Source of the DNA: a virus
Taxonomy: Duplodnaviria > Caudoviricetes
IMG/VR virus record: IMGVR_UViG_3300037307_000118
Span: 1-27,899 of that record
Strand: one strand, 5' to 3'
DNA: 27,899 nt
The notes under the pieces were generated by a model. The model was not told the DNA's origin. It saw nothing but the letters and a program-made list of their open reading frames with translations, and made no database searches. Numbering within the stretch: position 1 is the stretch's first letter; the number at the start of each line of letters is the position of its first letter. The position numbers and the translations under genes are program-made. Of this stretch, positions 15,992 to 23,801 are shown one piece after another.

Positions 15992-18487
15992 ATGTCGATG
16001 CACGTCTACGGCGTCCCTGACACACCTGTACTGGTCAAGGGCATTGCGGTCTACGGTTCTCCCGACGTGCCCGTGCATGTGAAGTCGGGATGGGTCTACG
16101 ACGCTGCGGGCGTGCCGAAGCAGTTCTTCACCTCGGGGCGCATCGTCTCGGACGAGTTTGATTACGCGGACGGCTCGTTCCTCGGGCAGCAGGCAAACTG
16201 GATTCAGGGCAGCGGCGCGAACACGACGTTCCCGATCAGCAACGGCAAATGCCGCGGCATCTATGACACGTGGTACCCGCCGTACTACTGTTTCTGGAAC
16301 GATGGCGGCGTCGCGTTCTCGAACGACCAGTTCGCGGAAATCGTGTTCGAGCGCGTGGCTTCGGGCGAGGGTAACATCGGCCCCGGCGTGCGGATGACAG
16401 GTTCGCAGGGCTACTTCATCGAAGCGCATAACTCCTACGCTGTCGTGCGTCGCTGGAACGACTACGCGGTTCTCTGGGAAGGCAACGTCTCGATTCCTGA
16501 TGGCGCGGTACTGCGCATCACAGTGGAAGGCACTGACCTCTACTGCGAAATTAACGACGTGGAATTCTTCCGCACGACTTCTGCGACGCTCACGGGCGGT
16601 TCGCCGGGCATCGCAACCGTGTCACCTTCCGGTGCGAATGGCCCGAATGCGCTCTCGTGGCGGGGCGGTGACCTCGTGACCGAGGCAGAGCCGCCGCCTG
16701 CAGGAACGCCGGGCGATCCACCGGACCTCACGGCCATGCGGGTGTCGGGTGGCGTGGAACTGAGCGTCTACGCGACGCCGCCTGTCGGCAAGAGCATCAT
16801 CCGGTACGAAATCGAGTACTCAGCCGATGGCGTGTCGGGCTGGACCTCGACGCCGATTCCCGAAACGCTCGACATGTGGGGCAAGCGGTCCCGCGTTCCT
16901 GCCTCGCTGGAAAACACGACTCCGACGAAGTGGGTCGATCCCTCGGGCACGCTCGACGGGCACGCGGCGTACACGACCATTCAGGCAGCGGCCGACGCTG
17001 CCGTTCCCGGTGACGTGATCGTGGTCAACGGCACGTTCCACGAGAACATCGTCATCCTCAATTCCGGCACGCACGAGCAGCCGATCATCTTCCGCTCGTT
17101 CAACTACAGCGCGCCTGCCGTCGTGGACGGGCAGATGACGCTGCCGCTCGGGTGGAACGAGTCAGGCTATGCGCGCGGCAGTTCCACGCTCGTCAACATC
17201 ACGGCGAACTACGTTTACTGGGAAGCGATCAACGTCATCAACTCGGCACGTGCCAACATCATGGGTGGTCCGTCGAACAACAACGGCCATTTCCTGCAGG
17301 ACAACGAAGTCAATGAATGGTGGACTGGTATACGTATTACGCGCTGCGTGCTTCAGCGTTCTTACGAACGCATCGCGCACTTCTTCAACTGCGACTCCGC
17401 GATCGTCAGCGGCAACTGGTTCCTCGAAGGAGTCCTCAGCCAGTGGACAGGCCCCGTTTCAGGATGGCCGGGCGCGATATCAGTGTGCGGGAAGAACTAC
17501 ACGTTCACGGACAACATCATTGCTCAGGCAATCGGAGAAGGAACGCATCTTGCGCACCATATCTCGGCCGGCGGGCCGGACCGGCACACGCAGCTGGACG
17601 GAGCCTATTTTGCAGGCAACGTCATTTTCGATACGTGGAGTAACCCCCTCTACCTGACGAATGTGCGGAACATCATCGTCGAGGGCAACCTGATCTTTCA
17701 CACGGGCGACATTAAATTCTGCAAGAACCGCGACGATCAGCCGTACCAGCATCCGCCGGATGCCTGCTCCTTCGGCAGTGAGAGCGGCGATACCAGCGTA
17801 GGCGGTTACCCGCCCAGCGATGGCTTCATCGGCGGCTACAACATCGATTTCAGGAACAACGTCATTGTTGGCGGGCTCGTCAACTTGGTGTTCGACTACT
17901 GGCTTTCGTGCCAGTACAAGGACGTGAAGATCAGGAGCAACACGATCTACTCCGTGCAGCCGATGGGAGTCACGGGTCTCGGTTATGAGGCACTGATTCA
18001 GAACGAGCCGACGAACACGGAGAACCTGACAGTCCGCAACAACATCTTCTACGAGCCGGCGCATGCGATGTACCGCAACTACAATGCGCTCATCGGCACG
18101 AATCTGATCAATTCGAACTGGTTCAACCAGACGCCCCCGCCCGCGCTGGCCGCAGGCGCGATCATCGGCACTGATCCGGGGCTGACGAACGCGGCGTACC
18201 TGCCCTACGACCCGTGGCCGAATCTCGCCATGTTCGACACGAGCAACTTCCGGCTCGTGGATTCGAGCGTGTGCATCAACGCGGGCGTCCCGGACACGGA
18301 CATTACGGTGGACTGGTTCAACCGTCCGCGCCCTGTCGATCACATGGACTTGGGCGCGCACTCCCTGTCGCGGCCCACGAACGGCAGCGCGATATTCTCC
18401 GACCTCGGTCGCTACTGGCGGGCGCGCTATGTGGACAGCGCACAGACGGCTTCGGGCTGGTCAGATGTAGCGGATCGCGGGCCGTGA
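15992..18487 (+). CDS. receptor-binding adhesin / putative polysaccharide depolymerase (lectin-like, FN3 and right-handed beta-helix regions)
   Basis: YTTIQAAADAAVPGDVIVVNGTFHE beta-helix cap, Asn-ladder repeats (FTDNII, FAGNVI, VEGNLI, FRNNVI, VRNNIF), and closing motif NFRLVDSSVCINAG...RP...DLGAH. Confidence 0.85.
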   Translation: MSMHVYGVPDTPVLVKGIAVYGSPDVPVHVKSGWVYDAAGVPKQFFTSGRIVSDEFDYADGSFLGQQANWIQGSGANTTFPISNGKCRGIYDTWYPPYYCFWNDGGVAFSNDQFAEIVFERVASGEGNIGPGVRMTGSQGYFIEAHNSYAVVRRWNDYAVLWEGNVSIPDGAVLRITVEGTDLYCEINDVEFFRTTSATLTGGSPGIATVSPSGANGPNALSWRGGDLVTEAEPPPAGTPGDPPDLTAMRVSGGVELSVYATPPVGKSIIRYEIEYSADGVSGWTSTPIPETLDMWGKRSRVPASLENTTPTKWVDPSGTLDGHAAYTTIQAAADAAVPGDVIVVNGTFHENIVILNSGTHEQPIIFRSFNYSAPAVVDGQMTLPLGWNESGYARGSSTLVNITANYVYWEAINVINSARANIMGGPSNNNGHFLQDNEVNEWWTGIRITRCVLQRSYERIAHFFNCDSAIVSGNWFLEGVLSQWTGPVSGWPGAISVCGKNYTFTDNIIAQAIGEGTHLAHHISAGGPDRHTQLDGAYFAGNVIFDTWSNPLYLTNVRNIIVEGNLIFHTGDIKFCKNRDDQPYQHPPDACSFGSESGDTSVGGYPPSDGFIGGYNIDFRNNVIVGGLVNLVFDYWLSCQYKDVKIRSNTIYSVQPMGVTGLGYEALIQNEPTNTENLTVRNNIFYEPAHAMYRNYNALIGTNLINSNWFNQTPPPALAAGAIIGTDPGLTNAAYLPYDPWPNLAMFDTSNFRLVDSSVCINAGVPDTDITVDWFNRPRPVDHMDLGAHSLSRPTNGSAIFSDLGRYWRARYVDSAQTASGWSDVADRGP

Positions 18488-18657
18488 AGCCCGCGATCCT
18501 GCTTCTGTGCGCGCTGCTGGCAGGCTGCAGCGCTGTGCGAACGGAAACGGGCGTCGTGATCTGCTTGGGCTTCTGCTGGCACTTCAGGCAGGCGGTGGAG
18601 AAGCAGCCTGATTCGAGGGAGCCTGCGCCTGCGCCTGCGCCTGCGCCTGCGCCATGA
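18484..18657 (+). CDS. small lipoprotein (57 aa)
   Basis: GTGA overlap start; MKPAILLLCALLAGC is a signal peptide II with lipobox LAGC. Confidence 0.7.
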   Translation: MKPAILLLCALLAGCSAVRTETGVVICLGFCWHFRQAVEKQPDSREPAPAPAPAPAP

Positions 18658-18754
18658 TCTTATTCAGCAGCGGCAGTGCGTCGCGGATCGCCTGCTGTGA
18701 AAGCACCTGCAGGATGTAATCGACTTCCTTCTCGGTCAGCTTCAACTCGAACAT
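18584..18754 (-). CDS. small helical phage protein (56 aa, not in ORF track)
   Basis: Strong RBS GAGGAGG; MFELKLTEKEVDYILQVLSQQAIRDALPLLNKIMAQAQ... Confidence 0.8.
   Translation of the reverse strand: MFELKLTEKEVDYILQVLSQQAIRDALPLLNKIMAQAQAQAQAQAPSNQAASPPPA
18621..18653. repeat. hexamer microsatellite (GCCTGC)5
   Basis: Five perfect copies plus GCC, inside two overlapping antiparallel ORFs. Confidence 0.95.
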
Positions 18755-18766
18755 TCCCGTGCCTCC

Positions 18767-18934
18767 TCAGCGGGTCATGATGAAGTAGAACGCGGCAGAT
18801 ACGCCGATCAGCGCAACTACCTGCCATGCGCGCCAGCGGGTCTTCGTCCAGCGCGGCATGCCCGACAGGGAGCGCAGATGACGCTCTGCGCGCAGCGTGT
18901 CCTGAGACAGGTTCCTGAATCCTTCCGGGTGCAT
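18767..18934 (-). CDS. small membrane protein (55 aa, not in ORF track)
   Basis: GGAG RBS; MHPEGFRN...WRAWQVVALIGVSAAFYFIMTR with a C-terminal hydrophobic helix. Confidence 0.7.
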   Translation of the reverse strand: MHPEGFRNLSQDTLRAERHLRSLSGMPRWTKTRWRAWQVVALIGVSAAFYFIMTR

Positions 18935-18937
18935 GGG

Positions 18938-19204
18938 TTACTCCGCAATGTCCAGATGTTTCGGGCAGAGCCTGTACGCGTGCAGAGAAAGTACCTCGCC
19001 CTTCGTGTAGTGGCAAACCTTCAGGTCATCCGTGAGGAACGCCTCGCCGCGCAGGTAAGAGCGCTCTGCGCGCTGCAACGGCAGGTCCTTGAACACGAAG
19101 ATCGCAGTGCCGATGATCGCCGTCGTCCAGAGTGTCAGGTAGACGAACGGGCGAACCGCGTTGTCGGCAGGAAGCTCGCCCCGGTGGAAGTCAGGGTAGT
19201 TCAT
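18938..19204 (-). CDS. single-pass membrane protein (88 aa)
   Basis: Hydrophobic FVYLTLWTTAIIGTAIFVF followed by a small domain with 2 Cys; ATGA-coupled to the upstream ORF. Confidence 0.7.
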   Translation of the reverse strand: MNYPDFHRGELPADNAVRPFVYLTLWTTAIIGTAIFVFKDLPLQRAERSYLRGEAFLTDDLKVCHYTKGEVLSLHAYRLCPKHLDIAE

Positions 19205-19314
19205 CGTGCCCCCCTGTCGAGCATGCAGGCCACGCGCACGAACTGGCGACGGAACAGCAGGAAGGTCAACAGGTCGAGAACCGCGCAGGTCAGGAAACCG
19301 AAAACGAACATCAT
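19201..19314 (-). CDS. hydrophobic mini-protein (37 aa, not in ORF track)
   Basis: MMFVFGFLTCAVLDLLTFLLFRRQFVRVACMLDRGAR; ATGA overlaps at both ends. Confidence 0.65.
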   Translation of the reverse strand: MMFVFGFLTCAVLDLLTFLLFRRQFVRVACMLDRGAR

Positions 19315-19505
19315 GGCGTCATCCCCTTGTCAGCTGGTTGTACCCGCAATTCGCCGCGTCGTACGCGGTCGCAGAACTCAAAAGCTGCACGCACGGACAG
19401 CAGCGTATTGCGCCCCGTCGAAGCCAGCTGCAGCAGTTCGTCCGAAGTCAGCCGTTGCAGGTTCACGGGCAGATCGTTGCGCAGCCACGGCGAGACCTTA
19501 ATCAC
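19311..19505 (-). CDS. hypothetical protein (64 aa)
   Basis: GGGGAGGAG RBS then GTG at 19505; overlaps both neighbours. Confidence 0.65.
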   Translation of the reverse strand: MIKVSPWLRNDLPVNLQRLTSDELLQLASTGRNTLLSVRAAFEFCDRVRRGELRVQPADKGMTP

Positions 19506-19641
19506 GGCGCTCCTCCCCGGCCGCGCGGCGAATTTCGTGCAGCCTGTCGTAGAAGCTGAGCGCCCGGCGAGCGGCGGCACATACCGCGATCAGCACGAAC
19601 GTCAGTGCGGCACTCAGCAGAAAGGTCAGAAGGCCCCTCAT
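19498..19641 (-). CDS. small membrane protein (47 aa)
   Basis: GAGGA RBS and ATGA overlap; MRGLLTFLLSAALTFVLIAVCAAARR. Confidence 0.65.
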   Translation of the reverse strand: MRGLLTFLLSAALTFVLIAVCAAARRALSFYDRLHEIRRAAGEERRD

Positions 19642-19841
19642 CGATGCATCCTCTGCCTGACTTGCGCCCGCCAGTTCAGCCAGTGGCGCTGGCTTCCCAT
19701 GTCCTGCGGAATGCCGTGCTTGAAGCGCCTGCCGTCCGCAGTCTCGACCAGCCACCAACGGTGCTTGCTGTGGCCCGTTTCGATGATGCGCAGCCCCAGT
19801 TCCCGCAGTATCCGCTCCGCCTCGCGATAGTCGTTACGCAC
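19638..19841 (-). CDS. HicA-like small basic protein (67 aa)
   Basis: Helix-3 strands-helix pattern: RILRELGLRIIETGHSKHRWWLV...DGRRF...WRAQVR. Confidence 0.6.
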   Translation of the reverse strand: MRNDYREAERILRELGLRIIETGHSKHRWWLVETADGRRFKHGIPQDMGSQRHWLNWRAQVRQRMHR

Positions 19842-20628
19842 TGAACTTCTCCCGGCAAATGGGGCCGATACCGAAGTCGATCGACACCGGGTCGGTCAGC
19901 GGGCGCGAGCAGCAGGCGCAGCGCCCCGTCAACACGCCCTCGTCGCGCGCGGTATTCAGCGGGTCGGCTTCGATCTTGTGCAGCATGGCCAGCGCTTCGG
20001 CCAGCGCGGCATCGCGCAGGTACTTGCGGGACTGCGTGTAAACGCACGTAGCGCTGTCGATCCGTCCGGCGATTGAGCCGCCCCATTTCACCCAGATCAG
20101 GCTGCCGTCGTTCTTCAGGCTCAGTGTCAGCTTGCCGACCGTGAACCGCGCGAACCTGTTCAGGTTCACTAGCCCGCAGATAACCGGCAGGGTGATGGCC
20201 GGAGCAGGGACGGGCGCAGGGGCAGGGGCAGGGGCTGCCACTGACTGCACCAACCGCTCAACGTAGGGGCGCTGGCGATCGGTGAAGCGGCCATACTGCT
20301 CGAAACCGCTCAGAAGGCTCGTGGCAAAGCTCGTGTCGCGTCCCTGCAGGTACGGCAGGGCGGCCTTGAGGGCGGCTCCCAGCGCCTTATCCGGGCTCTC
20401 TGCGGGGGCGCTGACCAGCCGCTCGGCATGCGGGCGCTGGCGATCGGTGAAGCTGCCGTAGCGGGTGAATCCCGCCAGCAGGCTGCGGGCAAAGTCCGCA
20501 TCGCGGGCGGGCAGCGCCGGCAGAGCCGCCTGTAGTGCCACTGCGAGCGTGCTGTCGGTACTGATCGGGGTCTGTACGGGAGCGCAGACGATGGCCTGCG
20601 CGACGGTCTGCTTCCAGTTCGTGTTCAT
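19834..20628 (-). CDS. DUF6011-like zinc-binding domain protein with duplicated N-terminal helical module
   Basis: RBS AAAGGAG, ATG 20628; C-terminal GRCACCSRPLTDPVSIDFGIGPIC; two ~42-aa repeats containing FAxSLL...YGxFTDRQRP. Confidence 0.85.
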   Translation of the reverse strand: MNTNWKQTVAQAIVCAPVQTPISTDSTLAVALQAALPALPARDADFARSLLAGFTRYGSFTDRQRPHAERLVSAPAESPDKALGAALKAALPYLQGRDTSFATSLLSGFEQYGRFTDRQRPYVERLVQSVAAPAPAPAPVPAPAITLPVICGLVNLNRFARFTVGKLTLSLKNDGSLIWVKWGGSIAGRIDSATCVYTQSRKYLRDAALAEALAMLHKIEADPLNTARDEGVLTGRCACCSRPLTDPVSIDFGIGPICREKFSA

Positions 20629-20650
20629 GCGCGTCTCTCCTTTGGCTTCA

Positions 20651-20710
20651 GGAGGCGGCACCATGCCGCCCCTTGAAACCGGATCATACGGACTTCTTAG
20701 CCGCAGTCAA
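20651..20710 (-). promoter_or_regulatory. sigma70-type early promoter with 5' leader hairpin
   Basis: TTGACT (20710-20705), 16-nt spacer, TATGAT (20688-20683), then GGGGCGGCA-TGG-TGCCGCCTC. Confidence 0.8.
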
Positions 20711-20713
20711 CAT

Positions 20714-21007
20714 TTAGTTCGCTGCCTCGGGCCTGACCGTCCATTCAGGCAGGTACAGGTCCGGCCGCAGATCCGCAGGACAGAAGTCGCCGAGACGGCA
20801 CAGAGGCAGGACCCACTCAGCAGGGATTGGCATGGTCGGGCGCCTGCGCGCACGGCTCGTGTAGACCGTCACGGTAGCGTGGGACGCATGTCCCAGTCGC
20901 TTGCCGATGATCGCCGGCGAAACGCTTTCCCGCAGCTTCACGAGCGGGTGGACAAGCCTGCCCGTGGAGTCGGCGATCAGCTTGGGCTTCTTCGATGGCT
21001 TCTTCAT
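20714..21007 (-). CDS. Cro/YdaS-like helix-turn-helix regulator
   Basis: IIGKRLGHASHATVTVY HTH-like segment; IPAEWVLPL...ADLRPDLY carries the LRPD signature of Cro/YdaS proteins; AAGGA RBS. Confidence 0.75.
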   Translation of the reverse strand: MKKPSKKPKLIADSTGRLVHPLVKLRESVSPAIIGKRLGHASHATVTVYTSRARRRPTMPIPAEWVLPLCRLGDFCPADLRPDLYLPEWTVRPEAAN

Positions 21008-21011
21008 GGAG

Positions 21012-22385
21012 TCATTCCTTCTTCAGTGCGGTCATGAGGGACTTCTGGGTGCGATCCTTCGAGCGCAGGGCTTCGAGTACGCGCTCATCAATCGTGTTAA
21101 CAGCGACAATGTAGTGAATCGTGACGGGCTTCGTCTGTCCCTGCCGGTACACGCGCGCAATGAACTGATCGAATTCTTCGAGGTTCCACGTCAGCGTGAA
21201 CCACGCGACCGCGTTGCCGCCCGCCTGCAGGTTGAGCCCGTGCGCGACGCTGGCCGGATGCGCGAGCAGTACCGGGATTTCACCCCGGTTCCACGCATCG
21301 ACGATGCGGTTCGATTCGCCAATGCCGATGCCGCCGCCAAGGTACGGAATGTCCTTGTCCTTGAGGTGCGCGCGGATGCGCTCCACCTCGTGCTGGAACT
21401 GCACAGCGACCAGCAGGGGCTGGCCCTCCTGCTCTTCGATCAGGTCGGCAAGGGCTTCGATCTTGGCGTCGTGCAGGTGCACAGCGCCCTCGGTGCCGTA
21501 CACGCCGCCGCCGACGATCTGCCGCAGCTTCATGCCCTTCGCAGCGGCATTGGCCGCCGTGACCGCGCCCGATGTCAGTTCCGCGTAGAAGTCGTCTTCA
21601 ATGTCCTTGTAGGTGCTCTGCGCGCCAGCAGGCAGCGTGACCTCGATGCGGTTCTCGATCTTGCGCGGCATCTGCAGGTAATCCTCGGCCTTGAGCGCAA
21701 GCGTAATGTCCGCGATCTTGGCCTGAACGCGCGCCTGCGTGTCGCGACGCGGCGTCCAGAGCGAGTAGCCACCGTAATGCCGCTCTTCGGTGAAGTACTC
21801 GCGCCGGAAGTGCGTAATGAACCGTCCGAGGCGCTGGCCGCCGTCAAGCATGTAGATCTGCCCGAACAGGTTCTCGATCCCGTTCGGGGCTGGCGTGCCC
21901 GTCAGGATCCAGACCCGGCTGAAGCGATCGCGCAGCGCCTTCAGCGTCTTGTACCGCTGCGTCTGCGTGTTCTTCACCTTGGTGGACTCATCGAGGCACA
22001 GCACGTCGAAGGGCCACGGCTCGCCGCGCGCGGTCAGCTTCGCCAGCTGTGCAGACAGCCATGCCAGCCCCTCATAGTTGATAACGTACACGTCGGCTTC
22101 GCGGCGCAGCAGCACGTCCTTCTTCGGCCCGTGCAGGACCGCGACGCGCAGATGCGCGAAGTCCGTCCATTTCTGCACCTCGGTCGGCCAGACGCGGTAG
22201 CAGGGGCGCAGCGGGGCGACGACCAGCAGGCCGCGCGCCGCGTTGTTCTCCCTGAGCACCGAGAACGCGGCCAGCGTAGTTGAAGTCTTGCCAAGGCCGG
22301 GCTCGGCGAACATGCCGAATCCCGGCTTGCTTACCATCTCGGTCAGGGCACGTAGCTGGTACGGATGCGGGGTCCACGGGGTCAT
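21012..22385 (-). CDS. SNF2-family superfamily II helicase
   Basis: Walker A EPGLGKT, motif II LDES, motif III LTGTP, GLNLQ, motif VI ARVYRQGQ. Confidence 0.95.
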   Translation of the reverse strand: MTPWTPHPYQLRALTEMVSKPGFGMFAEPGLGKTSTTLAAFSVLRENNAARGLLVVAPLRPCYRVWPTEVQKWTDFAHLRVAVLHGPKKDVLLRREADVYVINYEGLAWLSAQLAKLTARGEPWPFDVLCLDESTKVKNTQTQRYKTLKALRDRFSRVWILTGTPAPNGIENLFGQIYMLDGGQRLGRFITHFRREYFTEERHYGGYSLWTPRRDTQARVQAKIADITLALKAEDYLQMPRKIENRIEVTLPAGAQSTYKDIEDDFYAELTSGAVTAANAAAKGMKLRQIVGGGVYGTEGAVHLHDAKIEALADLIEEQEGQPLLVAVQFQHEVERIRAHLKDKDIPYLGGGIGIGESNRIVDAWNRGEIPVLLAHPASVAHGLNLQAGGNAVAWFTLTWNLEEFDQFIARVYRQGQTKPVTIHYIVAVNTIDERVLEALRSKDRTQKSLMTALKKE

Positions 22386-22708
22386 CTGGTTCTCCTGCTC
22401 CCGGCACCATGCCGGGGGAGCGTGAGAATAGGGTCACCATTAGTCGCCGTCAACACTTCCCGGAAGTCTTCGACCGATCTGACATAGGCCACCGGATGCC
22501 CCATGCCGTTCAGTACGCCGGACCAGTAGTGCTGAATCCGGCTCGTCCGTCCCCCACGGGGGCGCTTGAACTCGATCAGGGCGTGGGTGCCGTCAGGACG
22601 CAGCAGAAGCCTGTCAGGGAAGCCCGCGAGACCATGGTGCAGCTTGGTCAGCAGGCCGCCGTGCTGCGCTGTAATGGCCCTGCAGGCCCGCTCGATGGAT
22701 GCCTCACG
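22382..22708 (-). CDS. VRR-NUC nuclease (start codon unresolved)
   Basis: REASIE...GFPDRLLL...IEFKRPRGGRTSRIQ...VRSVEDF matches the VRR-NUC PD-(D/E)XK pattern. No in-frame start codon at the expected position. Confidence 0.8.
   Translation of the reverse strand, partial: REASIERACRAITAQHGGLLTKLHHGLAGFPDRLLLRPDGTHALIEFKRPRGGRTSRIQHYWSGVLNGMGHPVAYVRSVEDFREVLTATNGDPILTLPRHGAGSRRTR
22397..22453 (-). promoter_or_regulatory. sigma70-type promoter with leader hairpin, embedded in the 3' end of the VRR-NUC frame
   Basis: TTGACG (22453-22448), 17-nt spacer, TATTCT (22430-22425), then CCCGGCA-TGG-TGCCGGG and the AGGAG RBS of the helicase. Confidence 0.75.
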
Positions 22709-23396
22709 CCGCCCGGCAGGGGCCGCCCTTGGCTTGGTTGTACGGGCATCCGGCGCAGAATCGGTTCGGGCGGGGCGGGTACTCGTCCGCGCCGAGAAGC
22801 CTGCCTGCGCGCTGCTCCCATTTGCGGGCGAGCTTGGGGGCATCGGCGCGTTTAAACGTTTTGGCATGAGGTTCCTCGTGGTCGAGATACCAAAGCTCGC
22901 CCTGCACTTCCTGCACGCTGTCGAACTTGGCGAAGCCTGCCAGTGCGTAGACCTCGACCTGCTCCATGTTCTGCGGATAGGGCTTGCCGGTCTTGAAGTC
23001 GATGATGACCAGCGTGTCGGCACCCGGCTGGTAGTGCGCGTCTATCTTCATGCGCAGCCACAGCGGGCCGTTGACGAGCGGGTGCCAGCCTTCTTCCAGT
23101 TCCCATTGCTGTTCGGGGATGGCACCGAATGCCTTCAGCCCCTGCAGCTGCGCGCGCCATGCGGGGCCGATTGCCGGATGCAGCCCCTCGGCGCTGACCT
23201 CGCCCAGCAGGAAGTGCTCGCACGTCAGATGGACTTCGGTACCACGGTCCATGGCGGGTGAGCTTCTGGCAGGCACGAGCCTGTAGCCGATCGCCTGCCA
23301 GTCCGCAGGCTCGAACAGGTAGCTCCAACGGTACTTGGCGGGGCACGTCTCGAAGTCCTTGAGGGCGCTGATCGTCCAGTGTTCGCGCTGCTTCAT
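22704..23396 (-). CDS. PD-(D/E)XK exonuclease, Cas4/AddB-like with probable Fe-S cluster
   Basis: SALKDFETCP, RGTEVH, KIDA, IIDFKTGK, QVEVYA and C-terminal CAGC...C (1+3 Cys). Confidence 0.9.
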   Translation of the reverse strand: MKQREHWTISALKDFETCPAKYRWSYLFEPADWQAIGYRLVPARSSPAMDRGTEVHLTCEHFLLGEVSAEGLHPAIGPAWRAQLQGLKAFGAIPEQQWELEEGWHPLVNGPLWLRMKIDAHYQPGADTLVIIDFKTGKPYPQNMEQVEVYALAGFAKFDSVQEVQGELWYLDHEEPHAKTFKRADAPKLARKWEQRAGRLLGADEYPPRPNRFCAGCPYNQAKGGPCRAA

Positions 23397-23482
23397 CGTG
23401 CTGTGCTCACGAAGCGGGGAAGCCAATGAGAACCACGATACCGAAAGCTCTGATGAATCCCATGTGCGTAACTCCCCCGTGC

Positions 23483-23767
23483 TCAGGCTTGCCCTGCGCA
23501 GCTGTCCTTCTCGCGCAGCGTGTTGGCCCTTTTCAGCGATTCGAACAGCAGCCGCATCGCCTCAACCGACGGCCTGTCGGCATCCTTCGACAGCAGCGCC
23601 GCCGCAGGGCAGAGGATTTCAAGCGCCGACTCTTTGTCGCCTTCATGCAGGTAGTAGTGCGCGCCGAGGATCACGTCACGCAGGAGTCGCCGCAGCACGA
23701 ACTCAGCAAACTCAGCCCCTAACGAGGTGAAAAAATTCTGCAGGATGGCGTCATCGTTTGCAGCCAT
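23483..23767 (-). CDS. hypothetical protein (94 aa)
   Basis: Fills the gap between polymerase and exonuclease on the operon strand. Confidence 0.6.
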   Translation of the reverse strand: MAANDDAILQNFFTSLGAEFAEFVLRRLLRDVILGAHYYLHEGDKESALEILCPAAALLSKDADRPSVEAMRLLFESLKRANTLREKDSCAGQA

Positions 23768-23801
23768 CAGCCGGCCTGCTCTGCAGTCAGTTCAATGCGC
23801 T

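Noticed and set aside
14712-18487. Diversity-generating retroelement acting on the tail genes
   Set aside because: No reverse transcriptase and no adenine-mismatched TR/VR pair seen in the window.
18484-19641. Lysis cassette (holin/spanin) among the small membrane genes
   Set aside because: No endolysin in the window, and the membrane ORFs are on the early strand, so the assignment is unsupported.
20651-20672. Leader hairpins as CsrA/RsmA sites or terminators
   Set aside because: The loop reads AUGGU and lacks the required GGA. There is no U-tract, and the hairpins sit at predicted transcript starts.
13030-22860. Patches (about 13.0-13.6, 20.1-20.7 and 22.3-22.9 kb) that look compositionally different, possibly periodic or gyrase-site-like
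   Set aside because: Visual impression only. A partial hand count of GCGC/CGCG did not clearly support it, and it needs k-mer or periodicity computation.
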